DNA from: Bryobacterales bacterium
GTDB lineage: Bacteria; Acidobacteriota; Terriglobia; Bryobacterales; UBA6623
Assembly (NCBI GenBank): GCA_040902925.1
Contig: JBBDWJ010000321.1
Span: forward strand, 125-64,124
DNA: 64,000 nucleotides
Reading direction: 5' to 3'
In this document: one piece after another, positions 1 to 12,833 of the stretch
Numbering within the stretch: position 1 is the first letter of the stretch
How the letters are laid out: each line of letters starts with the position of its first letter
Made by a program: the position numbers and the translations under genes
Notes under the pieces: generated by a model
Seen by the model: the letters and a program-made list of their open reading frames with translations, nothing else
Databases searched by the model: none
What the model was told of the DNA's origin: nothing

Positions 1-63
1 GGTCGGTCGAGGGAGTTGCGTGACCGGCCGTAAACGGTCCGGCCTAAGCCGGCTTCGCCGGAC

Positions 64-216
64 GAAGCCCCGTGAACGGGGCTTGCTCGAGTTTGGCCAT
101 TTTACTTGCGGCGGGGCAAAGACAAAGCAAGGCAAAAGGCAAATTGCAAAAGGCAAAAGGCAAAAGGGGGGATCGGCGGTAAACCGCCTGCCTAGAAGCC
201 CCGTGAACGGGGCTTG
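64..216. repeat. Mosaic (BIME-like) intergenic element, copy 1: 22-bp hairpin repeat / A-rich core / hairpin tail / same 22-bp hairpin repeat
   Basis: GAAGCCCCGTGAACGGGGCTTG occurs identically at about 64-85 and 195-216. Between them lies an ~85-bp core (86-170) CTCGAGTTTGGCCATTTTACT...(GGCAAAA)n, which recurs at 54656-54732 with only 4 substitutions and one 7-nt unit indel. A GGCGG-TAAA-CCGCC hairpin follows the core. Confidence 0.7.
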
Positions 217-384
217 GGAATCGAGGGGCGGGATGGTGGGATACGGCCGGCCTGAGCTTGAACCCGGGAGATCGCGTTTCGGGTCTCCGCCTCGAAGCTT
301 TGCTTCCGGCCGGAGTCCCAAAACGTGAAGAAAATAGGCGTGGGATAAGATCCCGGGGCTTGCGCCCCGGGCTATTGGCATGCC

Positions 385-402
385 GCCCCTTGCGGGGCTT
401 TT
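385..402 (+). terminator. Possible Rho-independent terminator (GCCCC-TTGC-GGGGC followed by TTTT)
   Basis: 5-bp GC stem, tetraloop and T4 run on the plus strand. A second, longer hairpin with the same TTGC loop (CCCGGGGC-TTGC-GCCCCGGG) sits about 10 nt upstream. Confidence 0.35.
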
Positions 403-445
403 GGAGAAGAAGTCGAGTCTTTCACGGCTTCCTGTCCCCGATCTG

Positions 446-535
446 GGCAGTTGGGGCAGTTCGGGGACACGGCAGTTCGGTGACGGCAGTTCGTTGATAC
501 GGCAGTTCGGTGACGGGCGGTTCGGCGGGTGATCG
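446..535. repeat. Degenerate tandem array of GGCAGTTCGG(TGAC) units (6 copies, spaced 9-16 bp, mostly 14-16)
   Basis: GGCAGTT starts at about 446, 455, 471, 485 and 501, and GGCGGTT at 516. The region is non-coding; the ORFs here are low-complexity shadows. Confidence 0.7.
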
Positions 536-620
536 GGGCAGGCGCTCGCGGAGGAGCGCCTGCGACAGTACTCCGGCCATGGGACCACGGATGCAAACCC
601 CGGCAGAAGACGTTTCCCCT

Positions 621-3408
<2,788 letters not shown>

Positions 3409-3411
3409 CCT

Positions 3412-3432
3412 AAACGATAATGATTCTTGTTT
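3412..3432. promoter_or_regulatory. Fur-box-like 21-bp AT-rich imperfect palindrome directly upstream of the Fur-family gene
   Basis: AAACGATAAT-G-ATTCTTGTTT, with 8 of 10 positions symmetric. It is the only strongly AT-rich palindrome in the fur/corA divergent region, and it abuts the fur start codon. A CATTAT hexamer lies inside it on the minus strand. Confidence 0.55.
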
Positions 3433-3613
3433 GCAACCCTACAACGTTTTCGGCGGTGATTGATCTGGGCGGTGATGGCTCTGGATTGCCGGGTTGCTCC
3501 TCCGCCGGAGAATCTGGAGAATCCTTAACGGCTGATTCTAGAAACCCAGCGCGGCAGCGGACACCTGTGGCCAGCCGCTCATTTCCTGAATCTGCTATCG
3601 GCCGAGCCGGCCA

Positions 3614-3619
3614 TATAAT
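3614..3619 (+). promoter_or_regulatory. TATAAT hexamer 8 nt upstream of the corA GTG start (possible near-leaderless promoter)
   Basis: The sequence reads ggccaTATAATgagcatctGTG. There is no convincing -35 element and no Shine-Dalgarno between the hexamer and the start. Confidence 0.3.
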
Positions 3620-3627
3620 GAGCATCT

Positions 3628-4524
3628 GTGAGTTGGCATGATTTACGGGATCCGAGTGGTCCGGAGTTGGACGCTTTGGCCGAGCGCTATCACCTTCACC
3701 AATTGCACGTGGAGGATTGCCGCCATGGCAACCAGCGCGCCAAGGTTGAAGAAGGTGGGGATTACACCTTCGTTGTTCTGAAGGCGGTACATATCACGGA
3801 CGCCGGCGAGGTTCGGATCACGGATCTCAACCTGTTTCTGGGCCGCGACTACCTGATCACCGTGCAAGAGGGCGAGTGCCCCGCGGTGCGGCAGCACCTG
3901 GACGGGATGCATGCCGTCGCTGCTCAGTTACGTCCCGATCAGGCGCGTCCCGATCAGGCGCGTCCCGATCAGCTCTTCTACAAAGTCATAGACGGCACTG
4001 TCGATGCCTACGCGCCCGTGATGGATTGGTTCAATGAGGCCATCGACGGCATCGAGGATATGGTGCTCGAGACGCCGTCGCCGCAGACACTGCAACGCAT
4101 CTTCGAGGCCAAGCGCGGCTTGATCGAGCTGCGGCGCGTGCTGAGCAACATGCGCGATGTCGCCGGTCACTTGCAGCGGCTCGAAACCGAATTGATCCAG
4201 CGTGATCTGTGGCCGTTTTTGCGCGATGTGTACGATCACCTGGCACGCGACCTGGACATGGTCGAGATGCAGCGCGATCTTCTGACCGGGGCGATGGACA
4301 TCTACCTTTCCAGCGTCGCCAATCGCACGAACCAGGTCATGAAAGTGCTCACGGTGCTGGGAACGATCGCGCTACCCGCGATTGTAATCTCGGGCTTCTA
4401 CGGCATGAACACCAAGGGATTGCCATGGATCGGCTCTCCGCATGGCGCTGGAATCGCCGCCGGACTGATGGTGGTAGCCACGTTGGGCGTGCTCATCGTA
4501 CTCAAGAAGTTCGATTGGTTTTAG
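3628..4524 (+). CDS. corA: CorA-family magnesium/cobalt transporter
   Basis: 298 aa with the YGMN (GMN) signature ahead of the last TM helix, two C-terminal TM helices, and a typical N-terminus (W.DL..P...EL..L....LH.LHVED). Confidence 0.9.
   Translation: MSWHDLRDPSGPELDALAERYHLHQLHVEDCRHGNQRAKVEEGGDYTFVVLKAVHITDAGEVRITDLNLFLGRDYLITVQEGECPAVRQHLDGMHAVAAQLRPDQARPDQARPDQLFYKVIDGTVDAYAPVMDWFNEAIDGIEDMVLETPSPQTLQRIFEAKRGLIELRRVLSNMRDVAGHLQRLETELIQRDLWPFLRDVYDHLARDLDMVEMQRDLLTGAMDIYLSSVANRTNQVMKVLTVLGTIALPAIVISGFYGMNTKGLPWIGSPHGAGIAAGLMVVATLGVLIVLKKFDWF
3931..3972 (+). repeat. In-frame 15-bp tandem repeat inside corA (CGTCCCGATCAGGCG x 2.8, encoding RPDQA RPDQA RPDQ)
   Basis: Perfect copies can be read directly, and the protein shows QLRPDQARPDQARPDQLFY. 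Confidence 0.9.
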
Positions 4525-4560
4525 GCCGGTGCGCGATTAGAAACACGAACAGGGCGATGG

Positions 4561-4971
4561 TTATTGCAAAAGGCTTTGCGGCTGCAAGCCAAATTCGAGT
4601 GGAGAGAAAAAGTAATGCAACCATGGCATGTCTACAAAAAGACAAACGCCCATGACGACCGCACACAAGCACACGGTGACCATCAGCAGCGGCTGCGTGT
4701 AGAGCTTTTCCGGATGCTGGGCCGCGCTGTCTTTCTGGAACGCCAGGTGCAGGTAAAGCGCCATCACCGCCGACACCAAGGGAACGGCAAGAATCCACTC
4801 CAGGCGATAGCGAACGATGAATGCGCCGAACATGAGCATCCCGAAGGCCGCGTAGAACGTGATGGAGACCAGCAGGCGCGGCTCGTTGTAGTACGCAAAC
4901 GAGCGGCGATAAGCGGAACTCACACTGCGATCGCCAATTTCGCGGTATTCAGCGAAGCGCTTGATCGCCAT
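4561..4971 (-). CDS. Small 3-TM membrane protein matching only the C-terminal third of UbiA-family decaprenyl-phosphate phosphoribosyltransferase-like enzymes; probable gene remnant
   Basis: 136 aa. AIKRFAEYREIG...AYRRSFAYYN...RYRLEW...HLAFQKDSAAQHPEKLYTQPLL lines up by eye with the C-terminal third of Rv3806c-type enzymes (GKRYAEL...IRKSLESYT...LRYAVDVDGG.AGEPEDIALRDR). The Asp-rich catalytic motifs of the N-terminal two thirds are absent. It overlaps the HAD gene by 52 nt in another frame. Confidence 0.55.
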   Translation of the reverse strand: MAIKRFAEYREIGDRSVSSAYRRSFAYYNEPRLLVSITFYAAFGMLMFGAFIVRYRLEWILAVPLVSAVMALYLHLAFQKDSAAQHPEKLYTQPLLMVTVCLCAVVMGVCLFVDMPWLHYFFSPLEFGLQPQSLLQ

Positions 4972-5516
4972 AAAGTAGCAACCATCCAGTAAGCAACGCC
5001 GGCCGCATGCGCCGCGGGCACATCCACATCCTCGCGGTCTCCAATATAGAGCGCCTCGTTGGGCTTGACCCCCAGCCTATTAGCGGCGACTCTGAGAATC
5101 AGCGGGTCGGGTTTGAAGCGGCCGACCTCAGGATCTTGGGCGCAAACGACAACCTGGAAGAAGCGATCCAACCCAAGCGCCTTGAGTTTCAGGCGCGGAT
5201 CATAGTCGGAGACAGCCGCCAGTAAGATGTCTCGTTCGCGGCAGGCCGCAAAGAAATCCTTAGTTCCAGGGAAGGCCGCCGGCGCCAACAGGTCGAGCGG
5301 TCTTTTGTTCATCCATTCTTCGACGCAACCGGCTAAGTAGTCGGCCGAAAACCCCAGGTGCCGGCATGAACGCGACAGTTGTTCGGCCGCGACGTCTCCA
5401 ATGAAGTTCTCCGCGCGGAGTTCTTCCTGAACTTGGCGGTAGACGCGGATGGCCCACGCGGCGCGCCAGCCCGAACGCGGCGATCGAAAGCAGGAGCGCA
5501 ACAGTTCCCACGCCAT
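4920..5516 (-). CDS. HAD-superfamily phosphatase (track ORF; the true N-terminus probably lies upstream, at about 5579-5615)
   Basis: HAD motifs II-IV are present (AAVSDY, K.DP, YIGDREDVDVPAAHAAG). Motif I (IVTDVDGTLY) is encoded in the same frame at 5541-5567, upstream of the first ATG/GTG/TTG. See the finding on this gene. Confidence 0.8.
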   Translation of the reverse strand: MAWELLRSCFRSPRSGWRAAWAIRVYRQVQEELRAENFIGDVAAEQLSRSCRHLGFSADYLAGCVEEWMNKRPLDLLAPAAFPGTKDFFAACRERDILLAAVSDYDPRLKLKALGLDRFFQVVVCAQDPEVGRFKPDPLILRVAANRLGVKPNEALYIGDREDVDVPAAHAAGVAYWMVATLWRSSASLNTAKLAIAV

Positions 5517-5920
5517 GCGGCGGCGAACGATGCTATTACGGTAGAGCGTCCCATCAACGTCCGTAACGATGGCGCGGATCTGTGGTAAGGAGTCGATGTG
5601 TGGGTCCCCGAAAATGTTAGGTCCGCCCAGCCTCGGCTAAACGCCCGCGAGATTCAGGGAAGCCATCGCGAGCGCTGCCGGATCGATATCGGCCTCGGCA
5701 ACGTGGTGTCTTCCAGTTGCAATCGCCACGAGTCAAAAAATGAGACGCCGCCGCTACCATTGGAACGAATGAGATTCGTAAGCCCCGCCCGGCACGGATT
5801 ATCAGTATAGCTCAGCGCAAGCGGCTTGCCTGGCAGTACTTGGGACTGCTCCACGGACCCCAAAGTGGTTCTAAACACGGGCTGCAAGGTGCGATGCAGC
5901 GGCGCGCTGACGGCAATCGC

Positions 5921-7639
5921 TCAATGAACGTCTCTACCCGGGACATCGGAAGCTGGAGCGGACAGGTCTGTGAGGGGCTCCCTGTACGGTGTTAGCTCAG
6001 GTTTGATTCCGGCAACATGGAGTCGCCAGACTTTCCGGTCACGGTAGTAATCCAGCAGCCGTTCGTTCTTTTCGCGGCCCATGTCGCGCGCCCAAATGAC
6101 CGCTGCGCCAACAAGGTCGGCGCCATTACTTACCCAGTCATGGTGCGGATTGTGCTTCGGTCCGTAGCTGACGAGAACCAGGTTCTTGTATCCGTTCGCC
6201 GCGAGCTGTTTGGTTATCGCCGGACGGTCTCTCACAAATGAGATGCTGTTGTAGTTCACTTCACGCGTGAGTCGAAGGCCCAAAGCCATCACGATGGACA
6301 ACAGCGCAACGGCGATGATGCATTCCGCAAGAGGGCGGCCGAAAGAGCGCGAGCCCAAGCGAAAAGTCCGCAATCGCCGCAGACCGGTAACGGCCAGGAA
6401 TACAAACCACGGTGCAACCGGAGCCACGTAGTGGGGACGCAGGACGTTAGCGAAAGAGCTGATTGCGCTCGTCAGGATCTCCAGGATGATGGTCCCGGCG
6501 GCAAAGATCGCCCAGCGATGGTAGGGGCGGCCGAAGGCGCAGACCACGGGAAGGCACAGGGCAAATCCCAAAAAGAACTGCAGCATCAAAGTCCAGTGTT
6601 GTGGAGCGAAGCCTGAGCCGTTTCGTTTCTCGTGATAGCCCTCCAGCATGAAATCGAAGTAGTAGGCGCGCAGCGGTTCATGGTTGTAAGTCTTGGCCGT
6701 TTTGGGACTCTGAAAGATAAACACAGGAGCGACTTCGTACAATTCCATGTTGACGACATAAGGCATCTTGAGGGGATCACCGGTGCCGCGATAGTTGTAG
6801 TAAGCCATCGCCAGAATCCCGGTCAGCAGTACCGCTGCCATGGGTATCGCCACCCGCCAAGCGTCGCGCCAGTGCGTCCAAGCCCAAACCAGCAGCGCGA
6901 CCGCCACCGGCAGCGTGGCGACAAGCCCTTCAAGGGGCCGGCTGTTGGCGAGGACGATCACTCCCAATGCCAGCAAGGCCGCGTCGCGTCGCCGCGCGGA
7001 ACGGAGTATCCGAGGCAACGCTCCGAATACCAGAGCGGCGCCTATGGCGGCAACCGCCCCGCCCCAGAACGTTCTTGACCAGTAGCTAAACCAATACTCG
7101 TCCCACTGGGGCAATGAGCCAAATCGAAGCGCGGGCAGCAGCGCGCCGAACAGCGCCCAGCGCGGCGGAACCCAGGCGAGCAGCATCCAGCAAAGCGCCG
7201 CCGAAGCCGCGGCCATGCTGAGGCAAACGCCGGCGATTGGGAACCCGGTCAACACTTGTCCGGCAGCCATGAACAAGCCCTGCCCAGGCGGATACTTGGA
7301 TTGATAGGTGGGAAGAGGGTTTACGTGAAATGCCTCGAAGTGCTCCCACAGTGGATGCGGCGGGTTGGTCAGCCGGCCGTGCGCAAAGGTGTCGGAAGCG
7401 AGAAGATAACTGAATTCATCCGGAACCAGCGGCGCATACGGGCTGATCCAATTGATGACCACGCACGACGCAAAGGTCAATGCGGCGGCGGTCAGAATGG
7501 CCCGCCTCGGGCTGCCCGCGAGGCGCGTCAGCACACGCGACGGTAGGGCGTAAATTCGCGTTGGGAATGCGCGGAACAACCAGACGACTACGAGCGCTGC
7601 CACGACTGGCGCGAGTTCGGCTAACGCCCGGTAAGACAC
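5921..7639 (-). CDS. Polytopic membrane protein, GT-C-fold (ArnT/PMT-like) glycosyltransferase candidate
   Basis: 572 aa with at least 10 predicted TM helices in the N-terminal 450 aa. The first extracytoplasmic loop carries a DE motif (PDEFSYLLASDTFAHGRLTNP), and there is a soluble C-terminal domain. Confidence 0.7.
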   Translation of the reverse strand: MSYRALAELAPVVAALVVVWLFRAFPTRIYALPSRVLTRLAGSPRRAILTAAALTFASCVVINWISPYAPLVPDEFSYLLASDTFAHGRLTNPPHPLWEHFEAFHVNPLPTYQSKYPPGQGLFMAAGQVLTGFPIAGVCLSMAAASAALCWMLLAWVPPRWALFGALLPALRFGSLPQWDEYWFSYWSRTFWGGAVAAIGAALVFGALPRILRSARRRDAALLALGVIVLANSRPLEGLVATLPVAVALLVWAWTHWRDAWRVAIPMAAVLLTGILAMAYYNYRGTGDPLKMPYVVNMELYEVAPVFIFQSPKTAKTYNHEPLRAYYFDFMLEGYHEKRNGSGFAPQHWTLMLQFFLGFALCLPVVCAFGRPYHRWAIFAAGTIILEILTSAISSFANVLRPHYVAPVAPWFVFLAVTGLRRLRTFRLGSRSFGRPLAECIIAVALLSIVMALGLRLTREVNYNSISFVRDRPAITKQLAANGYKNLVLVSYGPKHNPHHDWVSNGADLVGAAVIWARDMGREKNERLLDYYRDRKVWRLHVAGIKPELTPYREPLTDLSAPASDVPGRDVH

Positions 7640-8008
7640 TAGCTGATATATAGCAGAGTGCGCGGCCTTGGTTGTGTATCGGCTGGCCGCGACCAGCCGG
7701 CGCTACGGCTAGCGCGTGGCCGGTTACTGCCTGATGCCCAACCATGTGCATTGAGTCGCGGTCCGGAAACCCGAAACAGGACTTAAAAAGGGCTGCGCCC
7801 CAGCTGCGTCGGGTTCCAGATGCGTCCCCCTTTTCCGCGTTCTTTGCTCCTCTTCGACCGCGACTGTGCTACAAAAAGGGTGCGCGCGGGGCGCATCCAG
7901 TCCGCGGAAAGGGCCGTGCCCACCCACTAGAAACAGAAGCCTGAAGGTACGAACCTTCTTTCAGCCTGATCCAGTGCGGACTCCAGGCTCAAATGAAAGG
8001 AGATTCGT

Positions 8009-9355
8009 ATGTCCGACGCACTTGCCTTACCGCCCCGTCCCAATCTTGAGCAATACAAGAAGCTCGCCAAGGACTTTCAGCATGCCTGCCAGTCAGGCGA
8101 CGAGGGCGCCATCCGAAACTGGGCCGCACGCTGGGCCGCAACGCTCGCCCGCCTGAACGGGCCGGCCGCTACCCCCGGCGTGCAGCGGGAGATCGGCTGG
8201 GATGCTGAACGCGTTCTGCGTCAATGGCACAAGCTCCGGACGTCGAATGAAGGCTTGGCCGGCTGCACCCTGTCAGGCGCGCAGTTTCTGGTGGCGCGCT
8301 GCCACGGGTTCACGAGCTGGCCGAAATTCGTGGAGCACCTCGAAGCGCTGGCGCGCGCGAATTCCCCGGTATCGCAATTCGAACGGGCCGCCGACGCGAT
8401 CGTGAACGGCGACTTGGCTTCGCTTGAGAAGCTGCTGCGCGAGAACCCGGAGCTGGCGCGGGCGCGCTCGACGCGCGAACACGCCTCGACCCTGCTGCAT
8501 TATGTTTCCGCGAACGGCATCGAGGATTTCCGGCAGAAAACGCCCGCGAACATCGTGGCCATCGCGCGGCTCTTGCTGGATGCGCGCGCCGACGTCAATG
8601 CGGAGTCGGATGCGTATGGCGGCCGATCGACAACGTTCGGCCTGACGGCGACGAGTGTGCACCCGGAAAAGGCCGGCCTGCAGCTTCCCCTTCTGGAGCT
8701 GCTGATCAGCCGCGGGGCGGTCATCGATGGCCCCGACGGCGCCAGCGCGGTTGTCGGCTGCCTGCGGAACGGGCGCGGCGATGCCGCTGAGTTTCTGGCG
8801 AGGCACGGCGCGCGGTTGGACCTGGAGGGAGCGGCCGGCGTCGGCCGTCTCGACGTGGTCCAGCGCTTCATCAACGAGGATGGCAGCCTCACGCCACCGG
8901 CGACACCGAAGCAGATGAAGGACGGTTTCGCTTGGGCCTGCCAGTTCGGCCGGACCGCTGTCGTCGACTTCCTGCTGCGGCATGGAACAGGCATCGATGC
9001 GAAACTCCCGCATCACGGACAGACCGGGTTGCATTGGGCCGCTTACGGCGGACATGCGGATACGGTGAGACTCTTGCTCGAACGCGGCGCTCCGGTCGGC
9101 GCCAGGGACGAGAGCTTCGATGGCACGGCGCTCGAATGGGCCGTGTACGCCTGGGGCAATTCACATGAGCAGACCGTGTCCAATGAGCAGAGCGGGCGTG
9201 ACGACTACGGGGTGGTCGCGATGCTCGTTGCGGCGGGCGCGAAACTCGACGCGAACTGGTTTGAAGTGGACGATGAAGAGCGGCGGAGGGCAAGCCGAAA
9301 GCTGAACGCCGATCCGCACATGCAGGCCGAGCTGCGGGGCGGCATACCGAATTGA
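8009..9355 (+). CDS. Ankyrin-repeat protein (cytoplasmic)
   Basis: 448 aa with several ANK units (TLLHYVSANG, GQTGLHWAAYGGHADTVRLLLERGAPV, TALEWAV). AAGGAG lies 7 nt upstream of the ATG, and there is no signal peptide. Confidence 0.85.
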   Translation: MSDALALPPRPNLEQYKKLAKDFQHACQSGDEGAIRNWAARWAATLARLNGPAATPGVQREIGWDAERVLRQWHKLRTSNEGLAGCTLSGAQFLVARCHGFTSWPKFVEHLEALARANSPVSQFERAADAIVNGDLASLEKLLRENPELARARSTREHASTLLHYVSANGIEDFRQKTPANIVAIARLLLDARADVNAESDAYGGRSTTFGLTATSVHPEKAGLQLPLLELLISRGAVIDGPDGASAVVGCLRNGRGDAAEFLARHGARLDLEGAAGVGRLDVVQRFINEDGSLTPPATPKQMKDGFAWACQFGRTAVVDFLLRHGTGIDAKLPHHGQTGLHWAAYGGHADTVRLLLERGAPVGARDESFDGTALEWAVYAWGNSHEQTVSNEQSGRDDYGVVAMLVAAGAKLDANWFEVDDEERRRASRKLNADPHMQAELRGGIPN

Positions 9356-9685
9356 CCGATGTTCCCAACAACGGGGCGGCTTGTAATGCACCTGTTCTGC
9401 GGCCCGCTATTGGGAAAAACGTTTGAGCGGAAGTTGGAAAGTTGGGGACAGGCGAGGATGCAGCCTACTACTCCCATCGCCCGTAACGAACCGTGCAGGC
9501 CATGGTACCTGCGCCGGCCCACCCAAAACTCCATCGGAGCCGATGGGAGATTCGGCGATGAAAATTGCATCACTTTACAGCGTTATTACCGTGTTTCTTT
9601 GTCGAGCGCTCGCTGCGAAAGGACTCCAGCCAAGACACGCTCGACCCTCATAGCCCTGAGTCGAATAGAAATTGACAGGAAATAG

Positions 9686-9713
9686 AACGGCGGCGTATCG
9701 AACGCCGCCGTTC
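9686..9713 (-). terminator. Terminator hairpin downstream of the secreted katG
   Basis: Perfect 11-bp stem AACGGCGGCGT / ACGCCGCCGTT with a 5-nt loop, about 100 nt after the katG stop. On the minus strand it is followed by a T-rich stretch (ctatttcctgtcaatttc). Confidence 0.6.
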
Positions 9714-9811
9714 AGGGTGCGAAAAACCGGACCGCCCTTTCGTTGATCCGATCCGATTTGTTGCCGTCGGACGCCGGCGCGTTTCCTGCGTCAGCGCGCC
9801 CTGCTCCACAC

Positions 9812-12193
<2,382 letters not shown>

Positions 12194-12222
12194 TCCTCAT
12201 GCCAACTCGAAATGCGCGTTGT

Positions 12223-12237
12223 TGTGTTGTCAACACA
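12223..12237. promoter_or_regulatory. Palindromic operator candidate TGTGTTG-T-CAACACA overlapping a putative TTGTGT-N17-TAGAAT promoter of the ECF sigma gene
   Basis: Perfect 7-1-7 inverted repeat about 45 nt upstream of the sigma ATG. TAGAAT lies about 12 nt downstream of it. Confidence 0.45.
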
Positions 12238-12278
12238 GCCGCCTTAGAATTATTCCCTAGCAACGGAATTTTTTAGGG

Positions 12279-12833
12279 ATGGCGTTGTTGACCTTCCAGA
12301 GGAAAGCGGCCCTGGCTGAGATGCACCAGGCCATGCTGGCCTGCCACGACTCGCTGTTTCGCTATGCGCGGGCGCTCAGCGGGGACCCGGCCGACGCCGA
12401 GGAACTCGTTCAAGACTGCTACCGGCGAGCCCTGAGCGCGGCGCGTAAACCGTCTCCCGGTGAGCCTGAGCAGGTGCGTCGCTGGATGTTCGTCATTCTG
12501 CGCAACGTTTGGAAGAATGACCGCAGGGCGCGCAGCCGGGAGGACGGCCTGGAGGCGGCCGAGCCGCTTGCGGTGGACTCTTCGCCCGAGAGCGGGCTGC
12601 TGCGGCGCGCTCTGCAAATCGAGGTTCGGGCGGCCCTCGACTCCCTCAGCCAAGCGCATCGAGAGGTCATCGTGCTGCGAGACATGGAAGACTTGCCCTA
12701 TGAACAAATCGCCCGCGTGCTCGACTGCCCCGTCGGTACCGTGATGAGCCGTTTGGCGCGCGCCCGGACGCGTTTGCGCGAGATATTGTCGAAGGTTGTC
12801 GGGCGGGAGTCCAGGCGGGAGGCTCATCCATGA
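12279..12833 (+). CDS. ECF-type RNA polymerase sigma-70 family factor
   Basis: 184 aa. Region 2 (EELVQDCYRRAL, W.F.ILRNV) and region 4 HTH (EVIVLRDMEDLPYEQIARVLDCPVGTVMSRLARAR) are both present. Confidence 0.92.
   Translation: MALLTFQRKAALAEMHQAMLACHDSLFRYARALSGDPADAEELVQDCYRRALSAARKPSPGEPEQVRRWMFVILRNVWKNDRRARSREDGLEAAEPLAVDSSPESGLLRRALQIEVRAALDSLSQAHREVIVLRDMEDLPYEQIARVLDCPVGTVMSRLARARTRLREILSKVVGRESRREAHP

Noticed and set aside
5654-5887. 77-aa minus-strand ORF between the GT-C and HAD genes
   Set aside because: It has no motif, no convincing SD and only moderate coding appearance. It may be a degraded fragment, but I cannot support a call.
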